Source of the DNA: Chlamydiales bacterium
GTDB taxonomy: Bacteria > Chlamydiota > Chlamydiia > Chlamydiales > SM23-39
DNA: 64,000 bases
Direction: 5' to 3'
NCBI GenBank assembly: GCA_965261025.1
Contig: OZ253438.1
Location: 207,490-271,489 of the forward strand
Below are positions 47,585-56,513 of this stretch, piece after piece. A program made the position numbers and the translations under genes. Position 1 is the stretch's first letter. Each line of letters begins with the position of its first letter. The notes below the pieces were generated by a model. The model saw nothing but the letters and a program-made list of their open reading frames with translations. It ran no database searches and was not told where the DNA came from.

Positions 47585-48656
47585 ATTGCCTTATAAGCTG
47601 GAGTAGGTTTAGGAGCTCTTTCCTTGAATTAAATGAATGGAGAGTTAGTCGGATATTTTCTTTTCCTCTTTGCACTGTTGGACTCAAAAGAGCTCGAACG
47701 TCAAATCCTTCTTTCATAATAGCTGAAACAAGCGCTAGAGCTTCTTGGTTATTTCGCACAAAAATGGGCTGAATGGCAGTAGAAGAACGGTTTGAAAGCT
47801 GAATTAGATCTTGCAAATGCACTCTTTCTGCCTCTAATTGAGGAAAGAGAGTATAACTACATTTAATAGCCGCTAAAGAGGAAAAAGGAAGGGCTGTTGT
47901 ATAGATGAATGATTTAGCAAAGTTGATAAGTGTTTCTTTTAAATGGGGATCACCCAATATAGCAGCTCCAAAGACGCCAAGCGCTTTGCCAAAGGTTACA
48001 GTTTGGGCAAAAATTTTCTTATTTAGACCTGCCTTATGAACAAGACCTCTTCCCTGATTTCCACATATCCCAATTGCATGGGCTTCATCAACGATCAAGT
48101 GAGCATGATATTTTTGGGAGAGATGAAAAATTTCAGCTAAGGGCGCTAAAGATCCATCTGTTGAGTAAATGGATTCAATGCAGATATAAGCTTTTCTCCT
48201 TTGGGTAATTTGTGTGAGTCTATTTTCTAAATGATTTAGATCATTATGTTTAAAAGGAAATGCCTTTGCTTTAGCTAGGCGGATGCCTTCATGGGTCGAA
48301 GCATGAATATGGGCATCAAATAATAAGATATCTTCTTCTTTTGCAATGCAGCTGATTAAACCGATATTGGCCATATAACCACAATTGAAAATTAATCCAG
48401 CTTCAAATCCATGAAATGCAGCAATCTTTGCTTCAAGTTCTTCCACATAGGTATTATTTCCTGTAAGAAGGCGAGACCCGGTTGAACCCAAATAGTTTAG
48501 GGACTCCCATTCAGAAAGCACGGCTTGTTTTAATTGCAAAGATTTTGCAAGCCCCAAATAGTCGTTGGAAGCAAAATCAATCAGATTTTCTTTAATTTGC
48601 AAAGATCGAAAATTTCCGATTTGTTTACGTTTTAGTAGAATTTGATTCACAGGCAT
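47577..48656 (-). CDS. bioF: 8-amino-7-oxononanoate synthase
   Basis: 359 aa with DFASNDYLGL, HLIVDEAHAIG and the PLP-Lys motif TFGKALG. Confidence 0.9.
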   Translation of the reverse strand: MPVNQILLKRKQIGNFRSLQIKENLIDFASNDYLGLAKSLQLKQAVLSEWESLNYLGSTGSRLLTGNNTYVEELEAKIAAFHGFEAGLIFNCGYMANIGLISCIAKEEDILLFDAHIHASTHEGIRLAKAKAFPFKHNDLNHLENRLTQITQRRKAYICIESIYSTDGSLAPLAEIFHLSQKYHAHLIVDEAHAIGICGNQGRGLVHKAGLNKKIFAQTVTFGKALGVFGAAILGDPHLKETLINFAKSFIYTTALPFSSLAAIKCSYTLFPQLEAERVHLQDLIQLSNRSSTAIQPIFVRNNQEALALVSAIMKEGFDVRALLSPTVQRGKENIRLTLHSFNSRKELLNLLQLIRQYG

Positions 48657-49605
48657 AGCTCTTACGCTTTTTCAGTCCTAATAAGTTAAACATTTCTTCA
48701 TCTGAGTCATTCGATGTATTTCCTACAGTGAGTAGTTTCTCACCGGCAAAAATAGAATTGGCCCCGGATAAGAAACAAAGTGTTTGCTCTTGGTATGATA
48801 ACTCAATGCGTCCCGCAGAAAGACGGATCATTGATTTAGGCATAAGGATTCTAGCGATAGCAACCATCCGGATAAATTCCCAAGAGGAGAGTTTTGGTTG
48901 ATTTGCTAAAGGAGTTCCTGGAATGGGGCTCAATTGATTGATAGGAACAGATTCTGGGTGAGGATTTCTATGAGATAAAGCTAAAAGAAGTTCTAGTCGA
49001 TCTTCTTTTGTTTCTCCCATGCCCATAATGCCTCCACAGCAAACACTTATTCCTGATTTCTCAACAATATCAAGTGTATTAATACGATCTTGATAGGAGC
49101 GTGTGGTAATAATTGTTTTATAAAAACGCTCTGAGGAGTCTAAGTTATGGTTATAAGCATAAAGTCCTGCTTGTTTTAATTTTTCTGCTTGAAGCTTACT
49201 TAAAAGGCCAAGTGTGCAACAAACTTCTACTCCTAAATTGGCTATCCCTTTAACCATGCGCAAAGTCTCATCAAACTGCTTACTATTTCGAACATTTCTC
49301 CAAGCGGCTCCAAGACATATTCTTGTTGCCCCTTTTATACTTGCTTTTTTGGCCGCAGCCATAACTTCTTCATATTGCATCATGGGCTGAGCTTTGACAT
49401 TTGTTTGATAGTGAGAAGATTGAGCGCAGTATTTACAATCTTCTGAGCAACCTCCTGTTTTAATTGAGATCAAATGGCAAACTTGGATTTCTCCCATCTT
49501 GTGGTGCATTTTGTGAATTTTCATCGCCTCTACGATCAATTCCAAAAGAGGCTTCGAATAGAGAATTTGTAACTCCTGAAAGGTCCAGTCCGATCGAATG
49601 GTCAT
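48625..49605 (-). CDS. bioB: Biotin synthase
   Basis: 326 aa with the radical-SAM motif KTGGCSEDCKYCAQS, plus YNHNLDS and the downstream CCGGIMGMGE. Confidence 0.95.
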   Translation of the reverse strand: MTIRSDWTFQELQILYSKPLLELIVEAMKIHKMHHKMGEIQVCHLISIKTGGCSEDCKYCAQSSHYQTNVKAQPMMQYEEVMAAAKKASIKGATRICLGAAWRNVRNSKQFDETLRMVKGIANLGVEVCCTLGLLSKLQAEKLKQAGLYAYNHNLDSSERFYKTIITTRSYQDRINTLDIVEKSGISVCCGGIMGMGETKEDRLELLLALSHRNPHPESVPINQLSPIPGTPLANQPKLSSWEFIRMVAIARILMPKSMIRLSAGRIELSYQEQTLCFLSGANSIFAGEKLLTVGNTSNDSDEEMFNLLGLKKRKSYACESNSTKT

Positions 49606-49669
49606 ATTTACCTCATTATTACGGACAAGTTTAGGAAGTATCTAGTTCTGATTGCAACTGGAAGTTTGG

Positions 49670-49698
49670 TTATGTAAACCAAAAATAGGTTTACATAA
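49670..49698. promoter_or_regulatory. Perfect 11-bp inverted repeat resembling BirA operator half-sites, in the bioB/wHTH divergent intergenic region
   Basis: The site is TTATGTAAACC-aaaaata-GGTTTACATAA. The core TGTAAACC/GGTTTACA equals the E. coli bioO half-sites as I remember them. It lies 65-93 nt upstream of the bioB ATG. Confidence 0.6.
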
Positions 49699-49788
49699 AA
49701 CTAAATAAAGTTTGATAATAGCGGATATTGCTCAATCTGATGAAAACCTAAAAATAGTTAAATTAAACTAAAAAGAGGTTATATTTTT

Positions 49789-50583
49789 ATGTTTGAAGTG
49801 TTGTTTGGAAATAAAAACATAGAAAAAATTCTTATTTTTCTTTTCGTGAGCGGTAGGTGTTATGGGGCTCAGTTGCAGCGAATTTTCAATACACCCCTTA
49901 CGCCTCTTCAAAAAGTTCTTATCCGTCTAGAAAAAGGAGGGCTGATTTCTAGTCAATATGAAGGAAAAACGCGTATTTATCGGTTTAATCAAGGATTTCC
50001 TCTGCTGTCTGATTTAGAACAGCTGCTTAAAAAAGCCTATACGCTGTTACCCGTTCATGAAAAGAAACTTTATTATATGGGAAATGAAAATCGTGGTTTT
50101 TATCGAGATTCTTCTACGAAAAATCTGAGTACCCTTTTTGAATTTTGGGAAAAACTCTCTTCCGTCAAAAAACTGTCTTTTTTAGCTCACTCTAAGTCCA
50201 AAGAAAGCTCTGGTTGGAATGGACATGGATCAGGGGATGTTATCGTGACAAAAACAAGCCCTAATATTCTTGTTTTTCAGGAAAAGGGTTTTTGGAAGGG
50301 AAAAAACAACCAAGAGGTGAGTTTTACAAATACCTTCCGATGGACCTTAGATCGAGTTACTGGGGTGATTTCGCTAGAACACCTGCGTCATGGTATAGAG
50401 AATCCTGTTTTTCTATTTCATTTAGCTCCTTCGGCAGCGCATTCCTTATCTTCTATTGATTCGCATCTCTGTGATGGAGACTCTTATTTTGGTCAGGCGC
50501 ATTTTGACCGATATAACTTAAAGTTAACTTGGCGTGTCATTGGACCTAAGAAAAATGAAGAGATTGAATACAGCTATCTATAG
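49789..50583 (+). CDS. Winged-helix (ArsR/MarR-like) protein with uncharacterised C-terminal domain
   Basis: 264 aa. The N-terminal wHTH pattern is CYGAQLQRIFNTPLTPLQKVLIRLEKGGLISSQYEGKTRIYRFN. The C-terminal roughly 150 aa (WNGHGSGDV...FRWTLD...HLCDGDSYFG) is of unknown function. Divergent from bioB. Confidence 0.6.
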   Translation: MFEVLFGNKNIEKILIFLFVSGRCYGAQLQRIFNTPLTPLQKVLIRLEKGGLISSQYEGKTRIYRFNQGFPLLSDLEQLLKKAYTLLPVHEKKLYYMGNENRGFYRDSSTKNLSTLFEFWEKLSSVKKLSFLAHSKSKESSGWNGHGSGDVIVTKTSPNILVFQEKGFWKGKNNQEVSFTNTFRWTLDRVTGVISLEHLRHGIENPVFLFHLAPSAAHSLSSIDSHLCDGDSYFGQAHFDRYNLKLTWRVIGPKKNEEIEYSYL

Positions 50584-50639
50584 CAGTCTTTTTTATGTTT
50601 CATTTCCCACAAATCTTTAAAATCTTTACCTTGTATATC

Positions 50640-50960
50640 GACTCCGCTAGTCTAAGTGGTCTACGAAGCTCTCTCCCAGTTTCCTAGGTAAAAAAGTGTA
50701 GGTTTATCTCTTTAAAAACTAGTTTTGTTTCTAACGGCTCTCTTACCAATAAATCCGCTACCTCTTTAGAAAAGAGATCTAACAGATAGCCATTTGTGAG
50801 AATATGCGTTACCGTTAATTCTAAATGGGTTGTTTTGAAGGGTTAAGCAGCTAATCGTAGAACTCCCTAAGACATCCGCTATTTTCTCTACAGAAAAGTC
50901 CTTATTAAAGGGTTGATTGACCATTGACAGAAGCTTTTCTTAGAACTTCTGTGAAGGCTG
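50640..50960 (-). mobile_element. Possible degraded HTH-containing gene remnant (transposase/resolvase N-terminus-like)
   Basis: Minus-strand frames give FTEVLRKASVNGQSTL* and, after a frameshift, NKDFSVEKIADVLGSSTISCLTLQNNPFRINGNAYSHKWLSVRSLF*. An HTH-like IAxxLGxSxxT segment is present. No intact ORF exists and the call is weak. Confidence 0.25.
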
Positions 50961-50968
50961 GGCTATTC

Positions 50969-51601
50969 CTAGGAAAGAGCTTCCAGTTTGTCTATGTCTA
51001 AGTGGCAGATTAGCTGTAAATTGCTATTTATTTTTTCAATATTCCAGTTCCACCAAGCAATTTTCTGCAAACGATCAATGGTTTTATCATCGAACCTCAT
51101 TTTCACAACTTTTGCAGGGTTTCCAGCAACAATCGAATAAGGGGGAACATCTTTTACTACGACAGATCTAGCCGCTATAATAGCTCCATTTCCTATCTTG
51201 ACTCCATTCATCACCAAAGAATCATATCCAAACCAAACATCGTTTTCCACGATGATATCCCCTTTAACTGGCAAGTCATAGACATTGAAGGCAGACTCCC
51301 AACCGTGACCAAAGATGGGAAAAGGATAGGTGCTAATTGCATCAAGTTTATGATCTCCCGTCATGATAAACTTGGTTTCTGCGGCAATAGCGCAAAATCT
51401 CCCTATAACAAGCTTAACTTTGGAAAAATCGTAGTTGTACAAGACGTTGTATTCTTCAAACTTATCTGGTCCGTACCGACAATCATCAAAATAGCTATAG
51501 TCACCAACAAAAATATTAGAAGCCTTGACGAATTTTTTTAGGAATACAAGCTTATCATAATCTTTAATAGGGTATAGGTTGTCTGGATTTGGGCCTGTCA
51601 T
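50969..51601 (-). CDS. vat: Xenobiotic acyltransferase (XAT) hexapeptide-repeat family, Vat/streptogramin-A-acetyltransferase-like
   Basis: From the ATG at 51601 the protein starts MTGPNPDNLYPIKD. Has GDHKLDAISTYPFPIFGHGWE, hexapeptide repeats (VWFGYDSLVMNGVKIGNGAIIAARSVVVKDVPPYSIVAGNPAKVV) and WWNW. It is collinear with Vat(D)-type enzymes as I recall them. Confidence 0.85.
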   Translation of the reverse strand: MTGPNPDNLYPIKDYDKLVFLKKFVKASNIFVGDYSYFDDCRYGPDKFEEYNVLYNYDFSKVKLVIGRFCAIAAETKFIMTGDHKLDAISTYPFPIFGHGWESAFNVYDLPVKGDIIVENDVWFGYDSLVMNGVKIGNGAIIAARSVVVKDVPPYSIVAGNPAKVVKMRFDDKTIDRLQKIAWWNWNIEKINSNLQLICHLDIDKLEALS

Positions 51602-51628
51602 GCCTCGGAGTTTATTGAAATTCAAGCA

Positions 51629-51928
51629 TTAAATCAAGAATCCCTGCGTATAAAGGTTGGTTTTAGTAGGAAGATTATGAATATAAAGGTCTTTGTATAC
51701 AGGGGAGTGATTAATAATGGAGGGCTTCCCAATAATATGTATATCCAAAGCATTATCTAGATTTTGCCGATCAGCTATGGCTGAGTCACTGGGTAGTTTA
51801 TTGGTATTGATACGCTTAAACACAGGAGTTCTTAAGAGCCTATACGATTTTAACATCGAAATACCATGATTGCCTAACGAGTCAAGGAAACTTGCACTAG
51901 CCAATTGAAAGGCTGAAGGGTCAGACAA
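51629..51928 (-). CDS. Hypothetical 99-aa ORF (TTG start), possibly a gene fragment
   Basis: Sits 3 nt upstream of vat on the same strand. It has no recognisable domain and no ATG start. Confidence 0.3.
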   Translation of the reverse strand: MSDPSAFQLASASFLDSLGNHGISMLKSYRLLRTPVFKRINTNKLPSDSAIADRQNLDNALDIHIIGKPSIINHSPVYKDLYIHNLPTKTNLYTQGFLI

Positions 51929-52153
51929 GTTTTAGTATCCACTAAAAGAAGGTGAAGATCACACAGTCAAGTTCTATTTTTATAGAGAATTAGTCGATTT
52001 TTCTCTTCAGCGCTATCTTGCTTCAAGTAGAAGCTACTGGTTTTTTCTTAAAAATTATTTTTGAAAAATAAGTATGAAGCTTTTAGGCTGATAACCACTT
52101 CTTACCAGGAATATCAATTACGCATAGACGAAAGTAGAAAATTGATAAAAATT

Positions 52154-53812
52154 ATGAGACTAGGTTTTTCTATTTGTTCTTATAACCGGCCCTATGAACT
52201 GAAGCGTTGTATTGACTCCTTATTATTTACTACACAACATTTAAAAAATACGTATTATCTTTTGGTCGATAATTGCTCCCCTCAAATTTCGAAATCACAG
52301 CTTGAAAATTATCGAAATACTGCTCTTTCTAACCTTAATATAGTAAGGTTTGCGTCTAACAAAGGTATTACAGGTGCATTTAACTTCTCTTGTTATAGCT
52401 TATCAAAAAACAATTGTGATATTTTTTTTATTATTAACGATGACATTTTTTTTAAAAAACGTGGGTGGGTTGAAGGATATTTGTTAGCACACAAGCAATC
52501 GGGTATCCATCATTTTAATTTCATGGACGGAAGAAATATTGTTGGAAGGCAGTCTTTTGGTTCAGTTGAAGTCACTTATCATAATTGGGTTAGAGGGTGT
52601 CTAGAAGTAATTACCAAGGAGTGTTACAAACAAGTAGGCGGTTATCGAAAATGCTTTCATGATTTTGGTTGCATGGATACCGACCTTTCCGATCGGATTA
52701 TTTTAAATGGATTTGCAAGCTCTTATCTGCAAGAACTTTATTCTTATTGTACTACCTCCTCATATAAAGGACATTACAATATGGGTTTTTCTGCAGATAT
52801 TGAACAAGCTCGGAATTATATTTTTGATCCTCATCCAAACATGGGGGTAGGGAACCCCAAGTCACAGTATTCGAAGAAAAAGGAGGGTTTTGAGATTTTG
52901 AGTTTCGAACGAGAAAAGAGAACAAATCATCTCCTGGTATTAACATATCATCACATTTTAAATGCAAAAAATTCGAAAGGTTTTCCAAAAGATTTTGGAG
53001 TAACTACTGTTGAATCTTTTAAATCTCAGATTCACACTTTAATTAAAATGGGATACCATTTCTTTTCTCCAAGTCAACTAAATACTCAAAGGCCCTTACC
53101 CAGTAAAATATGCATTTTATCCTTTGATGATGGCTATCATTCTATTTATCAAAATGCTTATCCGATTCTGAAGAACGAAGGAATTTCAGCCATTTATTTT
53201 CTTACTACAGGTTTTTTGGATCAGCAAGAACTATTTCCTTATCACGAATTTCTTTGGTTCTTAGAAAGCTGCAAAGACAGAAGTATTAAGCTGAGCCTCC
53301 TTCCTTCTCAATGTAATCAGCTCACAGAAAGGGAACTGCGCCTAAAGTTAAAATGGTTTTTTCGTTTTTCAGCAAATAAACAGCAGCAAAAAGAAATGAT
53401 TCATTTTTTAAAAGGTACTTTCGAAAATAACTCTTATCCAGAGCGTTTTTATTTAACTTGGGGACTGGCTTCAAAAATGAGTGATGTCTTTGAATATGGG
53501 GCCCATACTGTCACCCATCCTCAACTAAGCCTTATAAATTCAACAGATATGAAGAAAGAAATCTATAAATCAAAGCAAGAGCTTCAAAAGCGATTAGGCG
53601 GGGGAAACTGGTTTGCTTATCCATATGGATACAGTAGTTCTTTTAATCAAACAAGCATCAACTTTGTAAGGGAAAGTGGTTTTTTAGGTGCTTTTACTAC
53701 AGAACCTAAAAAAAATACGCTTCCTATTAAAGAGCCTTTTTTAATAGGTAGGTTCTCTCCGGAGAACCTAGCTGGAGAAGATTTTAAAAAGCGAGTTAAA
53801 GAGCTTAGATGA
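52154..53812 (+). CDS. Fusion protein: family-2 glycosyltransferase (N) + polysaccharide deacetylase/NodB-homology domain (C)
   Basis: The ATG at 52154 gives MRLGFSICSYNRPYELKRCIDSL...LLVDNCS...FIINDDIFF (GT-A fold, DxD-like NDD). The C-terminal half has ILSFDDGYHS and GAHTVTHPQL (NodB motifs). Confidence 0.8.
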   Translation: MRLGFSICSYNRPYELKRCIDSLLFTTQHLKNTYYLLVDNCSPQISKSQLENYRNTALSNLNIVRFASNKGITGAFNFSCYSLSKNNCDIFFIINDDIFFKKRGWVEGYLLAHKQSGIHHFNFMDGRNIVGRQSFGSVEVTYHNWVRGCLEVITKECYKQVGGYRKCFHDFGCMDTDLSDRIILNGFASSYLQELYSYCTTSSYKGHYNMGFSADIEQARNYIFDPHPNMGVGNPKSQYSKKKEGFEILSFEREKRTNHLLVLTYHHILNAKNSKGFPKDFGVTTVESFKSQIHTLIKMGYHFFSPSQLNTQRPLPSKICILSFDDGYHSIYQNAYPILKNEGISAIYFLTTGFLDQQELFPYHEFLWFLESCKDRSIKLSLLPSQCNQLTERELRLKLKWFFRFSANKQQQKEMIHFLKGTFENNSYPERFYLTWGLASKMSDVFEYGAHTVTHPQLSLINSTDMKKEIYKSKQELQKRLGGGNWFAYPYGYSSSFNQTSINFVRESGFLGAFTTEPKKNTLPIKEPFLIGRFSPENLAGEDFKKRVKELR

Positions 53813-55224
53813 ATAAAGAACAAGAATTTGAATCAGTATTAGAATCCTTAAAGATATTGGATATTCAAGAAATAACGCATACGCTCATAAAGAAAAAATT
53901 CTCTTCTTTTTATCAGTCTTATCAAATCACTTCAGACGATTTAGTTGTTTTTCTTTTGACTTATTTTAAACCAGACATATCTGTATATGATATCCTTAAG
54001 CAGACTAGCCTGAATAAAAATCAGATACTACAAGCTTTCAAAAAAATTAACTCTTGCACCCTTTTCCAAAGGCTTTATCTATCTCATAGAACACATAGAA
54101 ATTTTTACCGAAAAATAAACACCTTATTGAAGTCACCAAAAAAACTGTATGAGATGATTCAGGATCAATCTTCAACTCTTCTGGAGCTAGAAGTACATCC
54201 TGCTCTATTTTGTAATTTGCGATGTGTTTTTTGCTACAGTAAAGGGCAGGGAGTTTATAGATATATTCATGAAAAAGGACGTAACCCCCTTACAATCAAT
54301 CAATGGAAACAAATTATTGAAGAGGCAAAAGACCTAGGTGTTTCTAAGATTGCCATAAGTGGTGGCTATGAGCCCTTTAAAGCCGGTGAAACATTGGGAA
54401 TTATTGATCATGCCCATAATTTAGAAATACCTATCGAAATCTATACGAATGGAACAATTCCCCTTACTTCAGAAAAACCTGTATGGGATACGCTACAAAA
54501 ACTGACGGCTATTCATCTGAGTTTTCGAGGAACAAATCCAGAAACTCATGCAAAAGTTACAAGATCGACTCCTCAAAGCTATCAAATTTTATTAGAAAAT
54601 TTCCAAAAACTGCTAGCCTCGAAAAAGAAGGGGGAACTTGAAGCCAAAATTACGGTTTCTTTCTTTGTGCACAAAGATAATATATCTTCGATTTCAGAGA
54701 TTATTCAGCTAGCAGAAGGGGTTGATTCTATCAATTTTTCTAGCGATAATTACGAAGGGTTGAAGCATAGTCTTTCTAAACAACAATTTACGGATCTTCA
54801 AAAAGAACTCCATTCAGTTCAGCCTTATATTTTAGGATATAAAAAACCTGTTGTAACGTTGAATGATGATTTATGGATGCTTTATCAGAAAGATAAAAAC
54901 AAGCCCACTAATCCGCTAATTCAGAATTATTTATGTTATAATTCTTTCATTAGACCTACGATTAATCCTTTTGGTGATGTTTATAGATGTTGTTTGGTTG
55001 CTCAACCAAATTTTGATTTAAAACATACAAAACTAGGTACTGTCGATCAAAATCATTCTTTGAAACAAATTCTACAAAGAGCTATTTCCCATCCGCTATA
55101 CACAAAAAATTGTATAAAGTGCAATCCTTCAGAAAAAACGGGCTTGATTGTGATGAATAAATTAAAGAATGATATAAAAGCAGGAGTTTTGCCTGAGCAT
55201 CAACCCTATAGAGGTTTATTATGA
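53809..55224 (+). CDS. Radical SAM protein 1 with about 130-aa N-terminal extension and Cys-rich C-terminal (SPASM/twitch-like) region
   Basis: 471 aa with CNLRCVFC (C135/C139/C142) and ISGGYEPF. The C-terminal cysteines are YLCYNS...YRCCLV...NCIKCNPSEK. The start overlaps the upstream stop (ATGA). Confidence 0.8.
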   Translation: MNKEQEFESVLESLKILDIQEITHTLIKKKFSSFYQSYQITSDDLVVFLLTYFKPDISVYDILKQTSLNKNQILQAFKKINSCTLFQRLYLSHRTHRNFYRKINTLLKSPKKLYEMIQDQSSTLLELEVHPALFCNLRCVFCYSKGQGVYRYIHEKGRNPLTINQWKQIIEEAKDLGVSKIAISGGYEPFKAGETLGIIDHAHNLEIPIEIYTNGTIPLTSEKPVWDTLQKLTAIHLSFRGTNPETHAKVTRSTPQSYQILLENFQKLLASKKKGELEAKITVSFFVHKDNISSISEIIQLAEGVDSINFSSDNYEGLKHSLSKQQFTDLQKELHSVQPYILGYKKPVVTLNDDLWMLYQKDKNKPTNPLIQNYLCYNSFIRPTINPFGDVYRCCLVAQPNFDLKHTKLGTVDQNHSLKQILQRAISHPLYTKNCIKCNPSEKTGLIVMNKLKNDIKAGVLPEHQPYRGLL

Positions 55225-56513
55225 GAAAAAAGAAAGACCGAATAGCAGGTAAAGTAATTGACTATTCTAACATGCCTGAGAGGATGGGGATAGCTCCTCA
55301 GTTGCAAAAGAGTATCCTAGAGGAAGTAGATTTAGAGTCTGTCCTAGACAACATTGAAAAAGTTTGGCAGGACGGTTTTGATTACAAGGATATGCTAAAG
55401 CTATTGCCTTTTTCAAAAGAAGTTAAGCAAAAAATTGTAGATATGCATTGGCTTCCAGCCAAGGGAGAAAAGAATTTTAACTACATCAAAGAGAATACTC
55501 ATTCTGGTTTTCACAAGTTAGTCTTTAAAAGGATTTTAATCCTTCTTCATGCAAAAGCTTTAGGAAATACCCTTCCTAGAAATGAAGATATGTGTGTTGA
55601 AATTACCTCTGCTTGCAATAAAAAGTGTCTTCATTGCTATATGCATGAAAAGAATCTTGGAGAGTTCATGAACACAGAGCTTCTTCATAGTTTAGTTGAA
55701 TATGCCAATCAAAACATGCTTTCTTTACAAATGATTGGCGGAGAGCCTATGCTCGATAAAAGACTTGTTCCTCTCATTCGTAAATATCCAACCTTAATTT
55801 TTTATGTTGTATCAAATGGGGTGCGCTTTTCTGATCGCTTAATCCATTCAATTCGGAATGAGATACATAATTTTCAACCTATCTTAAGTTTAGAAGGGTT
55901 TCAATCTTATAACGATTCAATTCGGGGGATAGGCAGTTTTAGTAGAACTGTTGATATCATGAAAAAACTCAAAAAGTTAAAGATTCCTTATCAAACTGAT
56001 ACCATTATCACTACCAAAAATATTAATTCTGTTCTCTCAGATGATTATATGAATTTCCTAATGGATCATGGTCCTTGGGGAGTTGGACTCTATAAGTATA
56101 GACCAGTTGAAGGGCTGGATCATGGATTATCGCTTTCTAAGAAAGACTTGGATTTATTCGAAGAAAAAATTAATGAATTTCTTCACAAGTATCCTTTTCG
56201 GTTTTTTCATGAAGAACCCATTCACATTGCAAACCGCAGAAAAACAAGGGTATGTAAGGGTCTTTTAACAATCACTGTACATGGCCATGTAAAAATGTGT
56301 CCCTCTATTCATAAACCCACGCTTACTCTTCAGTGCTTTAATAGAGATGAAGTGGCTAACGTTTTAGACACTTGGTACAACATAGTAGGAGTAAACAGTC
56401 CTGGATGTCCTCTTTTCTTTAATACAGATTCTATTAAAAACTTCTACCAAGCACTTCCGCAATCTCGGAAAACTTGTGTAAACAAGAAAGAATCTTTAAC
56501 TGTTCTTTCTTAA
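55221..56513 (+). CDS. Radical SAM protein 2 with about 125-aa N-terminal extension and Cys-containing C-terminal region
   Basis: 430 aa with VEITSACNKKCLHCY (C132/C136/C139) and MIGGEPML. The C-terminal cysteines are RVCKG...KMCPS...LQCF...PGCPLFF. ATGA overlap with rSAM-1. The N-terminal DLESVLDNIEK echoes EFESVLESLK of rSAM-1. Confidence 0.8.
   Translation: MRKKKDRIAGKVIDYSNMPERMGIAPQLQKSILEEVDLESVLDNIEKVWQDGFDYKDMLKLLPFSKEVKQKIVDMHWLPAKGEKNFNYIKENTHSGFHKLVFKRILILLHAKALGNTLPRNEDMCVEITSACNKKCLHCYMHEKNLGEFMNTELLHSLVEYANQNMLSLQMIGGEPMLDKRLVPLIRKYPTLIFYVVSNGVRFSDRLIHSIRNEIHNFQPILSLEGFQSYNDSIRGIGSFSRTVDIMKKLKKLKIPYQTDTIITTKNINSVLSDDYMNFLMDHGPWGVGLYKYRPVEGLDHGLSLSKKDLDLFEEKINEFLHKYPFRFFHEEPIHIANRRKTRVCKGLLTITVHGHVKMCPSIHKPTLTLQCFNRDEVANVLDTWYNIVGVNSPGCPLFFNTDSIKNFYQALPQSRKTCVNKKESLTVLS

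Noticed and set aside
50596-50688. 30-aa ORF MFHFPQIFKIFTLYIDSASLSGLRSSLPVS as a possible RiPP precursor
   Set aside because: It has no Cys, Ser/Thr-Gly core or leader-like features and no SD. It also lies about 1.5 kb from the nearest biosynthetic gene.
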